Of a DNA stretch of 64,000 nt, positions 1 through 11,533 are shown in pieces (the stretch's first letter is position 1; each line of letters starts with the position of its first letter). The notes under the pieces are model-generated. The model had not been told where the DNA came from and made no database searches. It saw nothing but the letters and a program-made list of their open reading frames with translations. The stretch is from a bacterium (GTDB taxonomy: Bacteria > UBA8248 > JACPRG01 > G963555815): contig CBDHDG010000006.1 in NCBI GenBank assembly GCA_965261595.1, positions 1,753,419 to 1,817,418 of the forward strand, in the 5' to 3' direction. The translations under genes and the position numbers were made by a program.

Positions 1-1485
1 GACCAAGCCAAATTGCTCGTGCCCAACTTGTTGAACCAGATTTTGTATTTCCTTTGCTCCACGTCCTCCCGCGGATTCCGCCGCAGCCTGGATGATTTCG
101 AACGAAGTTTGCTCTGACAAAAGGTCAAGTGATCCCAAGCAGACGCCCCACGGATACGACCCATAAGGCATTGTTAGAAGGCACTCGCCTTCGAATGGCG
201 TATCCGGATGGGATCCTGCAAGCATCGCGGCGGTAAGGTGCACCGCCACTGTCAACACGTCCAATCCGACCAAGCCGCGTTCCATCATTATTGGGTGAAG
301 CGCCTTAGGATCACCGCCATGAATTTCGTGTAGAAGTCCGATTCGTTGATAGGCCGTCGACAACAAAGTACCAGTGCCACACGCAAAATCACCAATACGA
401 ATAGTTGAAAGTGCCGCAGCATCAGCCCAATCATTGCCCACAATGGGGGCTTGAATCGGCATTGCAAGACCTGCGAGTAATGCCGCTCCCGACGGACGTG
501 TATAATAGGTGGCCAAGAACTTTCGGTCGGCAATTAATCGTTGAAAAACTACACCGGTCAAATCATGAGACTTGGTCACCCCGCCAACAATGAGTTCTTC
601 TGCTGTCTCCCACAAAATATCAAGAATTGATGCTGCAAGTTGTGTTGGCAAAATTCGGACTATCTCCCCAGCTGCGTGAAAGATCGGCCAGTAGTTCACT
701 TCTAAGATTAGATCCCACTCATCCGTTAACTGCGTTGGTCGAAAGGTTCCTCTTGACCGAAACTCGGCAGGCGATTTCACGGTCCTCAATGGACATGTGG
801 GGACTTCCATTTCCGCTTTTGCCAATGCCGCGTGGAAAACGAGTGCATCTACAACGATCGTCATAGCCATGCGCCGCGTCTGTCCTTCCTCGTCGTCAGA
901 TTGTCGAAGAAGTTCGGCTACTCGTTTTCCGAGCGTCGACCCATGCTCGTGCGTTGCAGACAAAGTGCCGTTTGCTTTAATAACGCCCCCCTCCAGTGCG
1001 CTGGCAAGCGCATCAACCCGCCAAGCGGCAATACTTGAACGGTAAAGTAGAACGATTAACTCGGAAACTTCGCTGGATATCCAACCGGCTTCAGGGAACC
1101 GTGATGTCGACCCGTCAGCCTCTTCGGTAAAAAGTACGTAATCAAGTGAACACACCCTCAACGCGTCACGCAAAGCGGCTCCTTGATAGCGCCGTAGCTC
1201 CTCAGGATAGACCAATGCCACTGCCGCATGGATCGTTGAGCCGGTAGAAACCAACCGATTTCCAAGCCTCGATTGGGCTTCGGTCTCAGCCTGTCTATGG
1301 TTGCCTACTTCTGCTTCCAGAACGATTGGCCAACCACCAGGTTTCTCGACCAATATGTCCGGTTGTCCTCCCTCCTCAAATATCCTTCCGACCTGTTCGG
1401 CACGTACACGCCATCCTCGTCCGAAGTCTTGGAGTACCTCGCCGAGTGAAGTATTGATAGTTTGCTCATGGGTTTGTGTCGGCAT
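1..1485 (-). CDS. Fused restriction-modification enzyme (type IIG-like), N-terminal ~495 aa; runs off the left edge
   Basis: Manual translation (absent from the ORF track because there is no stop in the window) gives MPTQTHEQTIN...QPDILVEK...LEAE (PD-(D/E)xK-like nuclease), RLIADRKFLATYYTRP and DFACGTGTLL (SAM-binding motif I). Confidence 0.8.
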   Translation of the reverse strand, partial: MPTQTHEQTINTSLGEVLQDFGRGWRVRAEQVGRIFEEGGQPDILVEKPGGWPIVLEAEVGNHRQAETEAQSRLGNRLVSTGSTIHAAVALVYPEELRRYQGAALRDALRVCSLDYVLFTEEADGSTSRFPEAGWISSEVSELIVLLYRSSIAAWRVDALASALEGGVIKANGTLSATHEHGSTLGKRVAELLRQSDDEEGQTRRMAMTIVVDALVFHAALAKAEMEVPTCPLRTVKSPAEFRSRGTFRPTQLTDEWDLILEVNYWPIFHAAGEIVRILPTQLAASILDILWETAEELIVGGVTKSHDLTGVVFQRLIADRKFLATYYTRPSGAALLAGLAMPIQAPIVGNDWADAAALSTIRIGDFACGTGTLLSTAYQRIGLLHEIHGGDPKALHPIMMERGLVGLDVLTVAVHLTAAMLAGSHPDTPFEGECLLTMPYGSYPWGVCLGSLDLLSEQTSFEIIQAAAESAGGRGAKEIQNLVQQVGHEQFGLV

Positions 1486-1562
1486 ATCCTGTTTGCTCCT
1501 GCGGAGAGCGTTTTAGTCCAAGAAAGCTAGCAAAAAGCAAATTGTTCCTTCTGACCTGCCCC

Positions 1563-2454
1563 CTAAAGTTGTACCACTTTTTGAGTTAGTCTCTGCTCCC
1601 CGATGTCCAAAAGTTCAGGGATGCCTGGAGGCAGTGGTTCGATGGCCTCCGGCGCCGGAGGCCGGTACCCCAAGGCACTATGGGGCCTTACCCGGTTGTA
1701 GAGCTGTCGCCATCTCTCCACCAACACCTTGACCTCTGTCAGGGTGTAGAAGATCTCCCCGTTGAGCAGCTCATCGCGCAGTTTGTCGATGAAGGACTCC
1801 ACATAGCCGTTCTCCCATGGACTGCCCCGCTCGATATAAAGCGTTCTCACCCCAAGACGGGTGAGCCACCCTCCAACCGCATTCGCCGTGAACTCCGCCC
1901 CGTTGTCTGAGCGGATATAGGTCGGCAGGCCACGCCGGACGAACAACTCGGTGAGGCGGTCCAGGACGTCCTCAGAGTCTTCTCTCTACATCGAGGGCCA
2001 GACACTCCCGAGTAAACTCATCCATCACAGCCAGCATCCGTAAAGGCCGCCCATCGTGCGTCCTCGCAGCCAGGAAGTCGTAGGACCTCACATGATTCTG
2101 ATAAGACGGACGCTTGCGAACACAAGAGCCGTCGTTCAGCCATAAACGCCCTCGCTTGGGCTGTCTCTTCGGCACCTTCAGACCTTCCTGGCGCCAGATC
2201 CGTTCCACCCGCTTGTGATTCACTCGCCAGCCTTCCCTTTGCAACAGAGCCGTTATCCTCCGGTAGCCGTACCGTCCGTACTCGCTCGCCAGCTCCGTCA
2301 CCCGCGCCACCAAACGGGGCTCATCGTCCCGGACCTGGGCAGAGCGCCTCTGAGTCGAGCGGGCCTGCCCCAGCACCCGACATACACGGCGCTCTGAGAC
2401 CTCTCGCCGCCCCTGAACGGATTCCACCGCCCGTCGCCGCCTCGACGGGCTCAG
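1563..2454 (-). pseudogene. IS3 transposase OrfB, frameshifted near 1975
   Basis: YGYRRI...DEFTRECL in ORF 1972..2427 and SDNGAEF...SPWENGYVES in ORF 1563..1946 lie in different frames. Confidence 0.85.
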
Positions 2455-2732
2455 AAGTTTCCCGAGGCCGCCTCCTTCAGGATGGCGTTATCCAGGGCCT
2501 GCTCGGCCACCAGCTTCTTCAACCGGGCGTTCTCCTTCTCCAACTCCTTCAGCCGCTTGGCTTGGTTCACACGAAGACCGCCGTATTCCCGGCGCCACCG
2601 GTAATAGGTCTGCTCGGAGATCCCCAGCGTCTTGCAGACCTGAGCCATCCTCTGCCCATTGGCCAACTCCACCTCGGCCTGGCGAAGCTTGTGGATGATC
2701 TGCTCGGGTGTGAAACGCTTCCGACTCATCAC
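2451..2732 (-). CDS. IS3 transposase OrfA
   Basis: RKRFTPEQII...LKELEKENARLKKLVAEQALD (HTH plus leucine zipper). Confidence 0.9.
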   Translation of the reverse strand: MMSRKRFTPEQIIHKLRQAEVELANGQRMAQVCKTLGISEQTYYRWRREYGGLRVNQAKRLKELEKENARLKKLVAEQALDNAILKEAASGNF

Positions 2733-2816
2733 TGCCCCCTTTCTAGGTCAATCCAGTCCGAAAGCCGTGCGAAAATTCTAACTCTCAAACTGGACCGGTT
2801 TCAGGGGGTCAGGTCA

Positions 2817-3340
2817 GTCCGATTACAAAGCACACGGGCGTCGGCTCAGTACATTCTTCAATCCCACTGGCGATGCCGTCGTATTGTTAGGCGAACCCGC
2901 AGGTCGGGCTTTAACCTTACGTGACCTAGAAGCTCAATATCTCGGTCTTGTCTTGCGAACTGAAAGGCTTGCCGATCATCTTGGGAAGCTCGCTGAGACA
3001 ATCGCCTATACCGGGGCTTGCCGTGCTATTACAAACCGGATTCCACAGTCTCATGTGTCCATACTAGCTGGTCTTGCCGCCACTGGGGTAAGCAACGCCG
3101 CAGACGGAATGGAGGCAGTCATCTTGGTTTGGACGCTTTCCTCAAACAAAGAAGTCGTCTTGGATACTGTTCCGGCAGAACAAGTATCGCGCTATCGGGC
3201 ACATGAATGGCAGATTATATTCGATGAGGGACTTGTCAAACGCATTCGTGCGATGCGTGATGCGCGACTGCCATTTGAGACCGGCGGCATCATCTTTGGC
3301 CTTGTGGATATCCCGGCTAAGTCCATCCATTTAGTCGATG
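2817..3340 (+). pseudogene. Internal fragment of a ThiF/E1-JAB (Mov34/MPN) fusion protein, cut by IS elements at both ends
   Basis: RRLSTFFNPTGDAVVLLGE...LEAQY...HL...GACR followed by LPFETGGIIFG (JAB ETGG motif); the HxH motif is lost at the IS junction. Confidence 0.65.
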
Positions 3341-4744
3341 TCCCCCGCTCTAGGGTTTTGTTGGACACTCGATTGATCCATGATTCATGGAGAAAGGGGT
3401 GTCGCGATGAACGAACAAAAGCAAGAGGGGGCTTTGGCGGAGGGCGCCCGCAGGGCGAACGGAGCCAAGGCCCCAGGGCATCGCAGTGAGCGGGGTCGGT
3501 TCTCCTGCCAGCGCAAGCGGGAGGCGGTCCTGCGTCTTTTGCGGGGCGAGAGCCTGGAGACGCTCTGCCGCGAGTTGGGCACGACAGCGGCTCGGCTTTC
3601 CGCCTGGCGCGAGGCGTTCCTTCGCGCGGGCGAGGCGGCGCTCAAAGCCCGCCCGGCGGATGAGCGGGACGAGGAGAACGCCCGGCTCAAGGCCAAGGTG
3701 GGCGAACTCACGATGGAGGGCGAGGTCCTGCGGGAGAAGATCGACCGCCTGGAGGCCGGCCGCCCTTTAGCCGGCAGGAGGTGGAGGCGATGAGTCAGGC
3801 CCGCTTCACCTCCACGGGCAGAGCCTACGGCCTGAAGCGGGTGTGCGCCCTTTGGGGCTTGGCGCGCTCCACGGTCTACGCGCAACGGCGGCGAGAGGCG
3901 GTCCCCGTTCATGAACGCCCCACGCCCAATAAGCGCGGCCCTGTGGGCCCGTGCACCGATGCGGAACTCCTCGGCCACATCCGGCAGGTCCTGGAGGACT
4001 CTCCCTTCCATGGCGAGGGCTACCGCAAGGTGTGGGCGAGGCTGCGCTTCGCGGGCATCCGCACCAGCAAGGAGCGGGTGCGTCGCCTGATGCGGGAGGC
4101 GGGGCTTCAGGCCCCCCACCGGGTGGGCAAACCCCGAGGTCCCAAGGCCCACAACGGGACCATCCGCACCGAGCGGCCCGACCGAATGTGGGGCACGGAC
4201 ATGACGACGACGGTGACCACCGAGGAGGGGATGGCCTCGGTGTTCGTGGCGGTGGATCACTGCTCGGTGGACTGCGTGGGGATCCATGCGGCCAAGAGCG
4301 GCAACCGCTTCGAGGCCCTGGAGCCGATCCGGCAGGGGGTCGCCGAGCGCTTCGCCGGCTTGGAGGCGGACGTCGCCGAGGGGCTTAAAGTTCGTCACGA
4401 CCACGGCCCCGCCTATCTGTCCGATGACTTTCAGCGGGAGATCGCCTACCTGGGCATGACCAGTTCGCCCAGCTTCGTGCGGGCGCCCGAGGGAAATGGC
4501 TACTGTGAGTGGTTCATCCGCACCTTGAAGGAGAATCTCCTGTGGGTGCGCTCTTTCGCCACCGTAGAGGAACTGCGGTGGGCGCTGCTTGAGTTCAAGA
4601 ACCTGTATAACCATCATTGGATTCTCGAGGGCTACGGCTACCGAACGCCGGCCCAGGCAAGGCAGGAAAAACTCGCTCAAGTTGCGGAGGCCGCATGAGG
4701 GCGAATACCCTCACCCGAGTGTCCAATAACCCAGGGGCGGTCCA
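3341..4744 (+). mobile_element. IS3-family element, copy 1 (orfA 3407..3793, orfB 3790..4698)
   Basis: DDE orfB (WGTDMT...RHDHG...PEGNGYCE); ends share TTGGACAC cores; nearly identical to 39335..40740. Confidence 0.9.
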
Positions 4745-5130
4745 GGTGGAAAAACTGGAAAAGTTAAAAACAGCCGTAGAAAGTGTGCAAGATTAGTTCA
4801 AGAAACCCGAAAATTACGATTTCGGATCCTTGGAATCTTTAGTAACTAAGATCGTGTGTCCAGCATTATGGGATGTGTTGAATGATTTGCGTCTCCATAA
4901 TAAGGTCGACGAATCTAAAAATGGGAAAGATAATCTGGTCATCCACTACACGAGCATCGCTGCCCTCGTGTCCATGCTTAAAGATGCCGCCGCCAAGAAG
5001 GAGCAGGGGCTCAACAAGAAGGAGAGGGAAAACAAAGGACTCGAATCAGAACCGATGTCAAACGACGACAAATCTTTCTTGCGGTTATACGATTCAGTGC
5101 ATCTCAACGATCCCGATGAAGGCAATTATC
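4745..5130 (+). pseudogene. DUF2971-like protein, N-terminal/middle fragment
   Basis: VIHYTSIAAL and LRLYDSVHLNDPDEG motifs; internal TAG near 4794; composition changes abruptly at ~5130. Confidence 0.6.
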
Positions 5131-5453
5131 GCGGGAATTCCCGCTGAGGTGGTTGTAGAGGCGGTGGCGAGTCTGGGGTTGGGCATCCAACTGCCATTCG
5201 AGACCTACGAATAGGCGTTTCTGAGCGAACTGTGGGCGCATCGCGTGCAGCGGGATGAGGGCGAGACCTCCTCGGCAGTTCGTAGGGTCGGCGAAATCGG
5301 CAGTCAGGATGCTCAGGCGCTTCGCATCGAAGGCGAAATAGAGCACCGGGCATCGGTCAGGATTCCGGCCTGCGAGTGGGTGTTGATCGGCTCGGGGGGC
5401 TGGAGGCTCACAACGGCTCTGTTTCCTGTCGGCCCGCAGTCCGACCATCGCCT

Positions 5454-6074
5454 TCACAACCGCCCGATCCTCGGCCCCCGACTCCGCCCCACCCGAGGGC
5501 CCGGCAGGCCCGCTACGTTCCAGAAGTCGAGCATCCGCCCGACCGTCTGCGGCATTCGCAGACCGAAGCTGTGACGAACCTCGATCCCGCCGTGCTCGGG
5601 GAACGGCGCGGAGCCCCGGACCCGGATCTGCACGACCGCGCCGGCGCATTCGATCTTGAGCACCAGCCCGCCTTCGGCCAGGCGCAGCCCCTCGACCGTG
5701 CCCCCGCCGGCCGCGACCAGCGCAGCCAGGGGTTCCGCGTCCGGCTCGAGCACGGCTTCCACCATCCCGGACTGAACCCAGAAGGCCGAGGCCGGGCCGT
5801 CTTCAGCCCAGGGGTTCTGCCAGGCCAGCAGCTCGAACCGGGCGGCCTCCAGGTCCCCCGCCGTCTGGATGCGGATCGGGAAGGGACCGGGCTCGAACAC
5901 CGGCTCCGGGGCGGGCAGGACGGCATGTCTCCGCCACGCCGCCTCATAGGCTTCGACATGCCGGAAAAACAGCCACGCACGGATCCCGTCAGCGGTCTCC
6001 TTCGCGGCCCGTTTCCGTCTCCCTCGCGTCACTGCCCGGCCCCGGTTTCGCACTGCGCGGCCCGGGTCCGGCAC
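5454..6074 (-). CDS. Hypothetical protein, possibly a DUF6499/DUF2285-type ICE transcriptional activator domain
   Basis: 206-aa ORF with GC-rich codon usage; IRAWLFFRHVEAYEAAW resembles the AWEFLRRNPxY motif. Confidence 0.4.
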   Translation of the reverse strand: MPDPGRAVRNRGRAVTRGRRKRAAKETADGIRAWLFFRHVEAYEAAWRRHAVLPAPEPVFEPGPFPIRIQTAGDLEAARFELLAWQNPWAEDGPASAFWVQSGMVEAVLEPDAEPLAALVAAGGGTVEGLRLAEGGLVLKIECAGAVVQIRVRGSAPFPEHGGIEVRHSFGLRMPQTVGRMLDFWNVAGLPGPRVGRSRGPRIGRL

Positions 6075-6129
6075 AGCTGCCGGACATCACCGGTGCCGCA
6101 GGCCGACATCATTCAACGTCGCCCCGAAT

Positions 6130-9100
6130 TCAGAACCTCGCGGTCAGCCTGAACCCGATCCCGTGCTCGGGCGGGGTGTTGTCGTTCGCGCTCTCGCGCC
6201 GGCGCGCCTCGACCGACAGCTCCAGCGACCCCGGCCCGGAACCGGTCCGCGTCAGCCGCCAGCCCAGGCTGGTGTCGCGGCCCGGTTCCGACAGGCCGAG
6301 GCCGATCTCCGGCGTGCCGGTGAACTGGCCCCCGAACATCCCGAAGCCGTAGCCGAACCGCGCCTCCAGGCGCTGCCGCCCGTCGCCGTTGTCGTTCGCC
6401 GCAAGCCCCTCCAGCGTGGTGCGCGACAGCAGCGCGTCCTTGCCGCCCGACGCCCCTGCGCCGAAGGTCTGGGTCAGCGTCAGCTTCGGACCCCGGCCCG
6501 TCGACGGCTGCGGGTTCCAGGCCAGCGAACCGGCAATGCCGCGGTCCCTCAGGCCCGCCGCCTCGTGGGTCAGCACGCCCCGGCCCTCCAGCGAGACCGT
6601 TAGGCCGTGCGCCGGCACCGCCAGCGTCACCCCGCCGCCGATGTCGGCGCCGAATCCGGTCTCGGCGTCGCCGCCGTCATGGCGCACCCCGAGCGCCAGG
6701 CGCGGCGTCACCGTTGCCCCCTTGCCGAGCGCCCCGTCGCCGAGCGGAAACGGCCACGAGCCCTCCAGCCCAAGACGCAGCCGCGTCACCTCCGCCGACG
6801 CCGACGCCAGCTTGCCCCCGTCCGATGCCGACGACGACACACTTGCCGTCGTCGTCCGCACCCAGCGCGCATCCGTCACCGCCTCGAGCTTCGGGCCGTC
6901 GCCGCCGATCAGCGTGCCCCGCGCGCCGGCTGCCGCCAGCATCATCCCGAGATCGGTCTTCAGCGCCGGATCGTCCCCGGCCGTGAGCTTCAGCTCGCCC
7001 GCGCCGTAGCCCGCCGCGCCCCACACCGACAGCCGTTCCGTCACCGCGTACCCCGCCCAGGGCGTCAGCACCGTCACCGACGCCTCGATCTCGCCCGAGT
7101 TCTCGCCCCGGTAGCCGCCCTCGCCGATGCTGTGCGAGACCACCAGGCCCGTCGTCCAGCGCCCGGACGCATAGTCCGCGCCCAGCAGGCCCGTGGTCAC
7201 ATCGCCGTCCAGGCTCAGCGCATCCTCGCGACCCGCGAAGCTCGTCTGCGCCATCCGGCCCCAGAGCGCGGCAAAGCCGCCGCCGTCGGGCTGCGCCGCC
7301 AGCGAGAACGACGACCCCAACAGGAGATCGCGCTCGGTCATCGTCCGGGACCAGCCGTTGGACCGGTCCTTCTCTTCCGTCTCCTGGCTCAGCCAGTCCG
7401 ACAGCGCCTTCAGACGCGCCGTATCCCCGGCATCCGCCGCCGTCGCGCCGAACAGCGAAGTCGACTTCCCGTCGGAGGCCGCACCGGACTTCTCATCCGC
7501 TTTCGCGGCCGCCTTTGCGGCCGCGACGCCGATCCTCTCGCCGGCCAGGCTGACCGACATCCCGGCGGTCCGCGCCGCCCTGAGGCGCGCCTCCACCGCG
7601 TCCAGCACCTGGTCCGCCACCGTCCGCCCAAAGCGCGCCAGCCATGCCTGCGGTATCGGGTCGGAGTTGGTGATCGTCCCCGTCGCCTCGGCTCTCGTGA
7701 TGGAAACCGTCTGGGATGCGTCACCGCACAGGTGTGCATTGCTGATCTTGACCTTCACGGTCTCGCCGTCGTCGTTCACCGAGTCGTCGATGATGCGGAC
7801 GAAGGGCTTGTCCACCCGTTTTCCGATCTGCACCCATTGCCTGACTTTAGGGCGCTTGCTGTAGTCCGTTCCTTCCGCGGCGGTGCCGCCCGAGATGGTC
7901 TCGAAGTCGTAACACACGTATTTGTCATACTTCCGCGAGAGCCTGACTCTGAAATCGAGGTACCCGTCGTCCTCGTCCCCGGTCGCGTCTCGGATCCCAA
8001 TGGTCAGATTCGACACGTTGGTCGTGGAGGCCGGCGGCGCGGTGATCGTTCCCGTCGCCTCGTCGGTCGTGATGCCGAGGTCCGCTATTTTGTCGCCGTA
8101 CGCATCGACCACGCGCGCGTTGCTGAGCCTTACCTTCACCGTCTCCCCGGCGTCGTTGTCCGTGTCCTCAATGAGCGCGAAGCCCATCTGCGCGGTCTTA
8201 TCTCCCGCCAGAATGACGTGGGTGTAGGTGCGACGAGCATAGTAGTCGACGCCTTCGGTGGCGGTGCCTCCAGAAATAGTCTCGAAGTCGACCTTCACCG
8301 TGTTCTGGAAGGATCGCGAGAGCGTGACCTCGAACAGGAGGTGGCCGGCGTTCTCGGCGGCGCTTGCGTCCGCGATCGAGAGGGTGGGCGGGAGAGTTCC
8401 CCTGACTGCGATCTTGAGCCTTGCAAAAACGGAAGACCAGTTTCCGCTATTCGTGGCGCGCTCCCGCGAAGTGTCGGCGATGCTCCATCCGCTCGCCGTC
8501 CCCGAATCCTCGTTAGCACTGACCGTTCCCTTCAAGTCGTATCTAGTGTTACTGCCTGATCCCGTCGCCTCGAACACCACGAAGTAATCGGTATCCTTTT
8601 CGAGGGTCGCATTGGCCGGCGCCCTGAAGGTGTTGATCGCGTTGTCGTTAAGCGTTGCCGGATTGGTCAGCACGTAAAGGAGGGTGCCCGGATTGTCGGA
8701 TGTGACCGTGTAGATGCTCACCCTTGGCGAAGAAGCCGATTCGAAATTATCTGCCTGGACTTGAATTGCCGAGAGCGTATAGCCGCCCTCGTTGGAGCCC
8801 GTACTGAACCGCTGCGCTTGGGAGTAAAAAAAAACTCCCGATGCCGGTGGGACCGATGCCCCGGAGGCTGGTTGCGGTGGACTGACCGGTGTTGGAGACG
8901 AAGGTGGTCTTCTGCGCCTGCGCCGGCAGCGGCAGGGCTAGGAGCGCGGCGACGGCCACGAGGAGCCCGGCCGCCAGGCCGCGCGCCGCGAGGCACCGGC
9001 CGCGCCGACGCCCTGACGCCGACGCCCGGACATGCCGTCCATGAGCACGGCCTTCGCACTGTTGCGACGCTAGAGGACGTCTGGACGGACCGGCAGAATT

Positions 9101-9214
9101 GTTGGTTGCCGCCCGAGGGCTGGCGGGACAGTCGTCACGGGAAGAAAGGGACGAGCCGTGTGTGTGGGGGGATTCATGCGCTTGTCTGGACGGGTATCCG
9201 CTCAGCCAGGACAT
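6130..9214 (-). pseudogene. Autotransporter/adhesin (signal peptide, choice-of-anchor-R-like domain, two Calx-beta domains, beta-barrel), frameshifted at a T9 tract
   Basis: Signal peptide ...ALLALPLPAQA in ORF 8747..9448; removing one T at 8826-8834 joins it to YSQAQRFSTGSN...SIYTV; Calx-beta repeats (TATEGVDY, TAAEGTDY); WLARFGRTVA linker; ends ARF. Start codon uncertain. Confidence 0.8.
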
Positions 9215-9529
9215 GACGCGCCACGGCGACCAAGACCACACCGAAACTCGGTTCTCACTATTTATGGCGACCACACTCGCCTCAACCGGCGCCGCCTCCG
9301 GACCACGAACCGGCACTTCCATGGCGAGGTCATCGCCGCACACGGCCGAACCACACGCCGCGATCACTTGTCGCTCCAGCCCCATTACCGCTACCCCCAT
9401 AGCTGTCGTTGCCATTGTCTTGTTTGGTGCGGAACAGACGCCGGCCATCCTCGCGACCTCGCTCCTATGCGGCGCATCGCACGGAGCCGTTTCCCTGTCG
9501 CTTCCTCAGTCATACCCAAGCGCATCGGA

Positions 9530-10169
9530 ACCTGTCAATCTGGGCCACCAACACCGGCAGAAGACTTTTGGCTGCAACGCTCGCAACGCGCATCGAACGA
9601 ACGCGTCCATTTCTTTCCACCAGTAGAGAACACGGCCATCTTGCCAACAGCGCCACGGCCAGCGCGCAGTTTCTTGTTGGCGTGTTTGTTCTTCTCCTTG
9701 CCCCCAATATAGGTTTCATCGGCCTCTACTGCCTTGCCTTCGCCGCCCAGGGGATCAATCGATCCGTCCTTCATCGCTCCGCGGATTCGATGGGTCAGGA
9801 ACCATGCAGTTTTCATGTTGCACTGGAGCATCCGCTGAATTTGGCGGGTCGCGATGCCCTTCTTGCTTGCGCACATCAGATGGATCACTTGCAGCCACAG
9901 GTGCAAAGGAAGGTGCGAAGACTCGAAGATAGTCCCGGCCCGAACGGTAAACGGCTTTCGGCAGGCGTAGCACTTGTGCAAGCCCTTACGGGTGGTCTTA
10001 CCGTTCAGCTTGCGAACCTGTTCCCCGGTCACGCCACAAAACGGGCAATAGGGACCGTCGGGCCAAAGAGCCTTTTCTACGTACGCGAAAGCCGCATCCT
10101 CATTGTGGAAATGCGGGGCGGACAGAACAGAACGGGCCATGAGAGATTACCTCCTAACCCATATATGCC
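9530..10169 (-). mobile_element. Truncated IS1595-family element
   Basis: CPFCG/CYAC zinc finger, VEADETYIGG; frameshift near 9624 continues as LVERNGRVRS, then truncation; GGCATATAT end at 10169. Confidence 0.85.
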
Positions 10170-10192
10170 CGTAAACGTTTCGAACACTCTGG

Positions 10193-11533
10193 CCGGAATT
10201 TCCCATATCAACTTGCTTGGGTGGTTTCCGGTCCCCTTTCCCGATGAAAACCAGTTGACCCCCTTCCGATGGGTCTGTCAAGAGCCTTCCAACCCTCCGC
10301 AACAAGGTGCTGACGGCCATCGACTGCCCCAAAAGGCGGACCCTCGCCCTTCGGTCCCCTTTGTTCGCGGTTCAACCCGTTAACCAATCACCTCATGCTG
10401 CCGGGAACCCTCTGTACAAGGTTAGACCGGCACCGGCCGTAATCGGTTGATTCGGTCCAGGATGATGGCGAACTCTTCCCTGGACACCGCTACTTCGGCC
10501 AATTGAAAGATGATCTACCGGGCGTGCCGCACAATCCTCCCGCCCATTTTGATGAGCTTGACCTGGAGGCTTCGGAGCGACCAGTGCTTGAGCCCCCTGG
10601 GCAAGGCTAGCCTGCGCAGGAAATTGCCCAGGTTGTACGCCAGGACGAAGAGAAGGAGCCGCACCTGGTTGCACACGAACCGGTGACAGGAAAGGCGTGT
10701 CCAGTTCAGGGCGTACTTGCCTTCCTTGATCCATTGCTCGGCTGTGCCTCGCTGGTTGTAGAAGTGCACGACCCCCTCGGGTCGAGCCGTCAGGTTCGTG
10801 ACAATGAATCCGACGCGAGGGAAGAGTTCGCCTGAGTGCCATTCCACCTTCGCCACGACCCGCCGGGAACGGTCCCAGCTTCCAGCCTGATACCGGAAGT
10901 CGTAATAGAAGATGATGGGTCTCTTGGGCGGGCGACCGACCGGGCGGGTGAGGAGGAAGTCGATCTCTCGCTGCACCACGTCGTTGGCGGGAAGGCGGAT
11001 GGCGTAAAGGAAGCTGTGCGCTTCCAGGCACTCATAGACCTCCGGGTGCGCAAAGGCGTCATCGGCTCGGAAGTAACGGCGAACACCCGCCCGCTCATAC
11101 CGGGCCGCGATGGGCGAAAGCAACTCGCGCCAGCCATCGGCGCTGTGCACGTTGCCGGGGCGCAACATCGCCCCTTCGCAGTCCCCGAACTGGTTAAAGC
11201 AAAAAAGAGGGTGATAACAGGTGCAACGAAAGTGGCCGTTGTAGGCCGTACCTTCCTGCTCCCCATGGACGGGGCTTTCCGAGCTGTCCATGTCCAGGAT
11301 GATTCGCTGATGGGGTGAGTGTGCCATGGCCCGGTCCACCCACTCCCGGTTCAGCTCGCTCAACCCCTTGAGATTCTCCTCCCTGGTGAGAACCTCGGTC
11401 TCGAACCGGCTCAGGGTGTTGGCGCCCGCCGCCTGCTTCTCAAGCGCTCGGCGGCCGACCACGGCTTGCATCGCGGGGTCCTGGGCCAACCGCTCGGCAT
11501 CGTTGGTGTCTTCATACCCTGCCAAGCGGCTAT
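10193..11533 (-). mobile_element. Truncated IS1380-family element (transposase with premature stop at 10515)
   Basis: LAGYEDTNDAERL, ILDMDSS, RAD, FYNQRGTAEQWIKEGK; reading through the TAG gives IIFQLAEVAV to 10422; 5' part replaced by IS3. Confidence 0.85.

Larger units (their letters stand above)
1552..2816 (-). mobile_element. IS3-family insertion sequence with frameshifted orfB
   Basis: Imperfect terminal IRs TGACCTGCCCCCTAAA / TGACCTGACCCCCTGAAA; orfA plus DDE orfB; no target duplication seen. Confidence 0.9.
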
